Below, piece by piece: positions 58,126 to 64,000 of a stretch of 64,000 bases of DNA (position 1 is its first letter; every line of letters begins with the position of its first letter). The stretch comes from Vicugna vicugna. Its lineage: Eukaryota. The notes beneath the pieces were generated by a model. That model made no database searches, had not been told where the DNA came from, and worked only from the letters and a program-made list of their open reading frames with translations. A program made the translations under genes and the position numbers. Location: contig MU058717.1 in the NCBI GenBank assembly GCA_013265495.1, positions 1 to 64,000 on the forward strand, read 5' to 3'.

Positions 58126-60042
58126 GCTTTTATCAAAAAATCAGTAACAGACAACAGTGTGAGGTGCTCGCTCCCAACATGGCCAGAGGAACAGGACACT
58201 GGGGGAGGAGGAGGACCCAGCCAGCTGGGACCCTGGGTTGCGGTAGTAAAAGGTGAAGGAAGCAAGGGTAGGTTCCCCCAACCCCCACCCCAACGAATGG
58301 GGTCAGGAAGAGACGTGGCCTGCCCAGGCTAAGCCCCTAGGCCTCTCCTCTCTGGAGAGGAAGGGTCACAGATAAGAGGCTTCAGAGCCAGGGCCTGACC
58401 AGCCCTCCCCCATCCCCCTTTGTCCAAGGAGACAAAGGTTGTCCCAGCAAAGCTGGGGCTGTGACTTGTTAAACCAGTTTAGTTTTCTGGCTATGCTGTC
58501 CAACAGAGGCCAGTGGGCTCCACCTGCATGTTTGGTACAGCAGCCACCAGCTACACGTGGCCGCTGAGCACTTGAAATGCAGTTAGCATAACTGAGGAAT
58601 GATTGGTTCAGTTTGTGTAATTTTAATTGATTTCAATAGCCCCACATGGCTAGGGGTCACTGTACTGGAGAGCGCAGCTCTCCAATTTTCTCTTCAATTT
58701 GTAGACAGCAAATAAAGGAACCCCAGCTGAGCTCAAAGCAAAAGCTAGAAAGGTTTCCGGCCCAATCAGGAGAGGAAGGCACCAGGAATAGGACATGAGA
58801 AAGAGGTAAAGATCCACTCAGTCACACAAAAATCCACTCACGCAACCATCCAGCTTGACTTCAAACGGGAATATCATATCACACTATTTCCTGAAAAAAT
58901 ATATTTATCTATTTTTCTAGAACCAAGGAAGAATAATAATATATTACATGAAAAGAGACACAAATATCCCACCATCCCCTACCTTATATTTTGGGATCTG
59001 CTAGAAAACTATGTTTCAGCAAAAGCTTCTTAGAGGAAGCAGCTTCAGAAAGGGCCAAGGTCATGAGCAGGGGAGTAGGAAGAATAAAAAGGAACCCCCC
59101 AAAATGGGGAGAGGATTTAAAGAAAAAGAGGCAAGAAGGAAGGAGAGGCCCTGTCTGAAGCTATAAATAGTAAAAAAAAAAAAAAAAAAAAAATTAATAA
59201 AAATTATATCTCCAACTCTTCTCTCATTTTCGAGTAATAAAAACAAACAAACAAAAAACCCATTAAATACAAACCTAGCAGGTTACTGTGGAAATGTGCA
59301 AGAGAACAGAGAACGCCTTGGTATCTGTGCACCCTTGCCCAGGTAGAGAGGCTCTGTACAAAGGAATGAACCCTTAAAAAAAAATACCCTACTAAAAATA
59401 GACTTATGAATATTCTACAAGTCTCTTTCACGATGAACTTTCAGCTCTTCTCCCCACCTCCCCGAATGAAAAAGGCTGATTTCCAAAAGTCACTTGGAAG
59501 AGCCTAGAATGGCCCAAGGGTGTACAAGAGACTCCCACAGTGTGGTTGCAGGTGCCCTGTGACGGACACATCTCAAGGTGCAGATAGATAGTTCTGGTTC
59601 CTTTTCCCGGCTCCTGGCAGAGGGGCAGGCTGTGGAGGGGAGCGAGGGAAGAAAGGAGGGAGGCCATCTGGAGCCCAGCCTCCAGCAGGATTCATACAAT
59701 AGCTTAGAAAGGCTCTGGGTGAGGCCTGCCTATACAGTATAGACTCTAAGCTGGGCCTTGATTCTAAACCGGAAGATGAAGAAACAATCCAATCCCAGAC
59801 TTGCCTTCAGAAAGGCCAAGTTTAACCCCATTTCTCTGCTGGGACAATGGAGGCCCAGAGACTATCAAGAGGCAGGCAGGAACAGTAGAAGATGATGTCT
59901 CTTCTGACACTGAGACCAGATCTGAGCTGGAGAGGCCAATAGGTCAGTATTGGGTTGCCCTCCCACTCCCTTAATGTCCACGCTTCAAAATCCTTCAGCG
60001 TTCCTCCCCCCCAAAGTCCAAGCAGGCGCTCCTGAGGAAGCT

Positions 60043-63000
60043 TCAGGCGTAGAACTCGTTGGTGGGGGCTTTTTTGTAGATGGGTTTCTTGCCCAGGTCG
60101 TAGCTGCCCTCGTCCTTCTTCTTCATGCGGTACACCAGCAGCAGGACCAGGAAGACGGCAAAGAGGATGCCCACGACGCCGCCCACAATCAGAGCTGGAA
60201 GGAGAGAGGAGAGCTGAGAGCTGAGAGCTGCCGGTGGGACCTCGGGACATACCGGCCGCCTCCACCCCGGCGGTCCTCTTACAACTAGGCATCCTCGCCA
60301 TCACCACCGTGGGGGTCAGGCACGCGAAGCTGATGCCAGCCTTAATTTGATTCTCACAGCCTCGTTAATGAGAAGGGGGTGACTGTAAGTCACTGAAGAC
60401 CACAGAGCTAGAGTGACAAAACCGACCTTTTCAACCCACATCTGCTTGAGTCCAAAGCCAGGTTCTTTCCCAAACATCAGGCCAACTCCCCAGTGACAGC
60501 TTAGCACTGAGTCAGGAACAAGAAAAATTGCAGGCTGTGGAAATCCCCGAGACACCCTGACGCCCCCAATCCCTAGTACAGCGTGCACTCGCCTTGACCC
60601 CGGGTGCACATACTTGCGTGGGCCTACACTTCCACTGACAGGGACCCACTTGATACACACACGGGCACATGCTACCATACACAGTCATGTGTGCCCGCCC
60701 CACTGCTTTAAAGGTAATTGCACATGTGTTTTATGTTCACACACACATAGCTCAGTGGTTAAGGCCTACGTTCCATTCCCACCTCTGCCACTTACAGGCT
60801 ATGTGACCTGAAGTACTTTCATCTCTCTCACTGCAAAATGAAAATAAGAGTACTTTTCTTGCAGGAGGGTAGAGCTCAGTGGTAGAGCATGTGCTTAGCA
60901 TGCATGAGGTCCTAGGTTCAATCCCCAGTACCTCCATTAAAAACAAGTAAATAGATAAATCTAATTACTCCCCTGAATTTTTTAATTAAAAAAAAAGTAT
61001 CTTTCTCATAGGTTTGTCCTAAGGATTAAATATATGAATCTACTCAAAGAGCTTAAGACAGTGCATAACAGATGCTCGATACTCATTGTGAAACTTCATG
61101 GTTTATACCTGTGTCCCTAACACCCTGAACTGTTCTGGCACAACAGTACATGCTTGATTAAATGACGCTTGCAGTTTGGCTGAGACAGGAGCCCTGGCCG
61201 AGGGCACCGGGTTAGCGTCAGGCAGACGTGGGCGTCCAGGCTCGGGCGAGCCTGTGTTCTCTGTGCTACGCCAGGCAGCCTGGATGGCTCCCTCCTGTTT
61301 GTTGAGGGGGCCAGGATATCTCACAGAATCCTTTCTGTGGCAGATTGAGTCCCCTAATTCGGTCTTACTCAGCTTAAGAAGATTAATTTTCCGTCCCCGC
61401 ACACACTTCAAATCTCTGCACAGAATGGGACAGAGGAGCCAAGGAAGATTCGTTCTTGGCTAAAACCAGGAAAAAGCAGCAACCGAGTGCCCCCAGGAAA
61501 TACCAGGAAAAGGACATGGACTGTCAGGTATCAACCCCATTCCTGTTTCTATTGCCTCTCCCTCTGATGACTTCTCTGTGAGACGCTTAGCCTGCGCTGG
61601 GATTTCTGCACAAGGTCAAGGCTCAAATACAGTCCCAGAAGTGACTGTGGTCGTAGGTTCAAGTGCCACTGTCTGGTTTTGTGACTTTGGACAAGTGATT
61701 AGGCGTCTCCAAGCCTCAGTTTCCTTATCTGTAAGAGTATAGGTAACCATACGTGTGGGATAGAGTTGCTGTGGGGACTCCAAGAAGGGGGTGCAGGAAT
61801 TTCAGGGTAGGCACCTGCTAGACTCCCAGGTGCTCTCTAAAAGCTACTAGAATGCAGGGCCCCGCCTTAGCTAGCTCAACAACACAACTTTGCACGTGAG
61901 GACCTTACACTTGTGTAACTCTCAATTGGAAGTATTAAGAGGTGACTCGGTCTCCCTCGCTAGGTGACCCAAAGCGGGCGGTTTGCTTTCTCTGGGCTTC
62001 AGTCTCTCCGTGGATAAGAAACAGTTATTTGGACCAGATCAGTGGTTTTTTTTAATTTTTCTTTAAAAGCAGTAGAACCCTTAGTAAAAGCAAAAACCTT
62101 CTGCTAATCCCACATCCACCAGCTAAAAGTGAAACTCTGTGGTTGAAGAAAGATGGGGGAGGTTTACCTCTAAAAGACTTCCGCCAGCGAAGTCTGAAAT
62201 TTACAAGACTAAAAGGTGTCTAAGGGCCCCTCTTGTCCTGAAAGCATCCATCCCTCACCCCACCCACATCACACAGAAAGTAGAGAAGACAAAGTTAAAA
62301 GAATGTTGACTCAGGTACCCGGAGGCCAGTGTCAGGGCTGAGCTGGACCCAGTGTCACCAGGGTCGTACTCCTAAAGATGCAGGCAAGATTTTTCATTCT
62401 TCTTTTTTTTTTTTTTTGGTGTGGGGAGGTAATTAGGTTTACTTATTTAAGTATTCTTAAAGGAGGTACTGGGGATTGAACCCAGGACCTCATGCATGCT
62501 AAGCATGCCTTCTACCACTTAAGCTATATCCTTCCCCTGAGATTATCTGTACTGGATGGAGGCAGGACACAGGGCTTTTTCCTGGTACCTCCAGCCTCCT
62601 TGGGGCTGCTGGCCTGATTGGTTCCCAGGAGACAGGAGTGACCTAGCCTGAACCCGGGGTGCCCCCTCACCAGGCTGGTTCATCTAGACTGGCCCTTGGC
62701 CTCTAAAATCTGGCCAGATAGGGAGTTCCCTCTGACAAAGCCCCCCAACTCTGTCCAGTTTTGGAGACCCCCAGAGCTGTCAGAGAAGAAGAGAAGGAGC
62801 CAGTTACTGCCCTGGCTAAAGGCCCCATAGCTGGGCTTGACAGAGCCAGTCTTGAAATCTTACCCTGGGACATCACTTCCCCGACAACGGCACATTACAG
62901 CCAAGACTCCTACGGCTCTCACCTGAGGCCAAACATGCACTCTCTCTAGGCCTTAGTTTCTTAAATCTGACACTGAAGTTTCCCTGTGTGCCTACTACCA

Positions 63001-63951
63001 TACTATACCATACTGCACTGTCCCACTACCACTGTGACCTATACTAACACATCAGAACAGCCCCTTACAGTTTACCAAGTTATTTTCAGATTCTGTTTTT
63101 CACGGCATCATGACACCGACCCCAGGAGGTCTCATGGTATCTACTCACAGAGGAGGAAACTGAGGCTGCAAAGCTTCTCAACCAAGGTCACGAGGCTGCC
63201 AGTGGACAGAGCAGGCGGAAGGGAAGCCAGCCCAAGCCAAACAAGCCTCTGGACTTTCAGGGGAAATTTTCAAGGGAAGTTAAACTTTCAATAATTAACT
63301 CCCTGGGTACCAAACCCAGGCTGTGGAAGTGCTTTGCAAATAAGAGAAGGGGGAGGACAAAGCTCAGTGGCTGAGCATGTGCTTAGCATACACGAGGTCC
63401 TGGGTTAAATCCCCAGTACCTCCCTTAACAATGAATAAATAAACCTAATTACCTACCCACCACCATCAAAAAAAGGAAAAAAAGAAAAGAAGGACTGAAG
63501 CCCAGTGAATGACTCAACAACTGTTATTTTAGCCTCTGACATGCAATTCTTCCTCTCCACCCACCAAGCTGCACACACAGTCAAAGCCACCTCTTAGGGG
63601 AAATGTCGCCCTTCAAGGCCCCAGGGTACCACTAGCTATAAGGAAGGGGTACCAAGGAGGCTAATGGGCTAGAGGCATCCTTGTTGGTAGCCCTGTCCCC
63701 CGCTGAGCCCCCTCCCACTTCAAAATATCTTGTGGAGAGCGTAGGACCTTACCTGCCAGAACCTCTGTCCTCTCAAAGATATTGCTGCCCTGGGCTGTGC
63801 TGGACATGGACACCTTGTTGGACACATCCTCGTCCCCATCAAAGGGTGACATTCTCTTAGGAATGACCTCATTCTCCCCCAGTTCCTCAGGTTCGGTGGG
63901 GACCCGGTTCCCAGGCCCTGTCTTCTCAGGGATGTGGTTATCGAGAGGCAC
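60043..63951 (-). CDS. SDC4: Syndecan-4, last two coding exons 63951-63753 and 60194-60043 (5' part lies outside the window)
   Basis: VPLDNHIPE...[11 protein letters not shown] | [50 protein letters not shown], the diagnostic syndecan-4 TM, V region and EFYA PDZ motif. Confidence 0.98.
60864..60998 (+). mobile_element. tRNA-derived SINE (Vic-1-like)
   Basis: ggagggtagagctcagtggtagagcatgtgcttagcatgcatgaggtcctaggttcaatccccagtacc. Confidence 0.88.
62402..62537 (-). mobile_element. tRNA-derived SINE (Vic-1-like)
   Basis: ggaggtactggggattgaacccaggacctcatgcatgctaagcatg; polyT tail at 62403-62418. Confidence 0.88.
63349..63488 (+). mobile_element. tRNA-derived SINE (Vic-1-like)
   Basis: ggggaggacaaagctcagtgg..gcatgtgcttagcatacacgaggtcctggg; flanking agaagg duplicated. 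Confidence 0.85.
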
Positions 63952-64000
63952 CTGGATGGGGGGAAGGAGAAGAGACCGACACTCAGCGTGGTTTGGGGAG

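Overview
Mammalian genomic DNA. Several copies of a tRNA-derived SINE resembling Vic-1 suggest a camelid (camel/alpaca). The window covers the distal WFDC locus and its neighbours, in an order matching human 20q13.12. It holds a three-exon, single-WAP-domain SLPI-like paralog (+, CDS 9126-10938) lying tail-to-tail with an intact four-exon SLPI (-, 23317-21191, 134 aa). Next come MATN4 (-, 10 coding exons, 624 aa, with a U12 AT-AC last intron), RBPJL (+, 12 exons, 516 aa, overlapping the MATN4 5' end in antisense) and the last two exons plus 3'UTR of SDC4 (-). All exon models were spliced by hand with consistent phases. The rest is interspersed repeat (L1, L2, MIR, solo LTRs with TSDs, MER DNA transposons, SINEs), and family names come from recognition rather than a database search. 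The most interesting observations are: (1) the SLPI paralog has lost the second-WAP exon but keeps its orphan splice acceptor, promoter and polyA; (2) the mature SLPI has no methionine (P1' Met->Ile) and has a 3-aa insertion in WAP1; (3) a 51-bp inverted repeat sits at an L1/LTR junction; (4) RBPJL intron 9 contains a degenerate ~78-bp repeat array. I see no evidence for an entirely new class of system. The best novelty candidate is the SLPI paralog pair.
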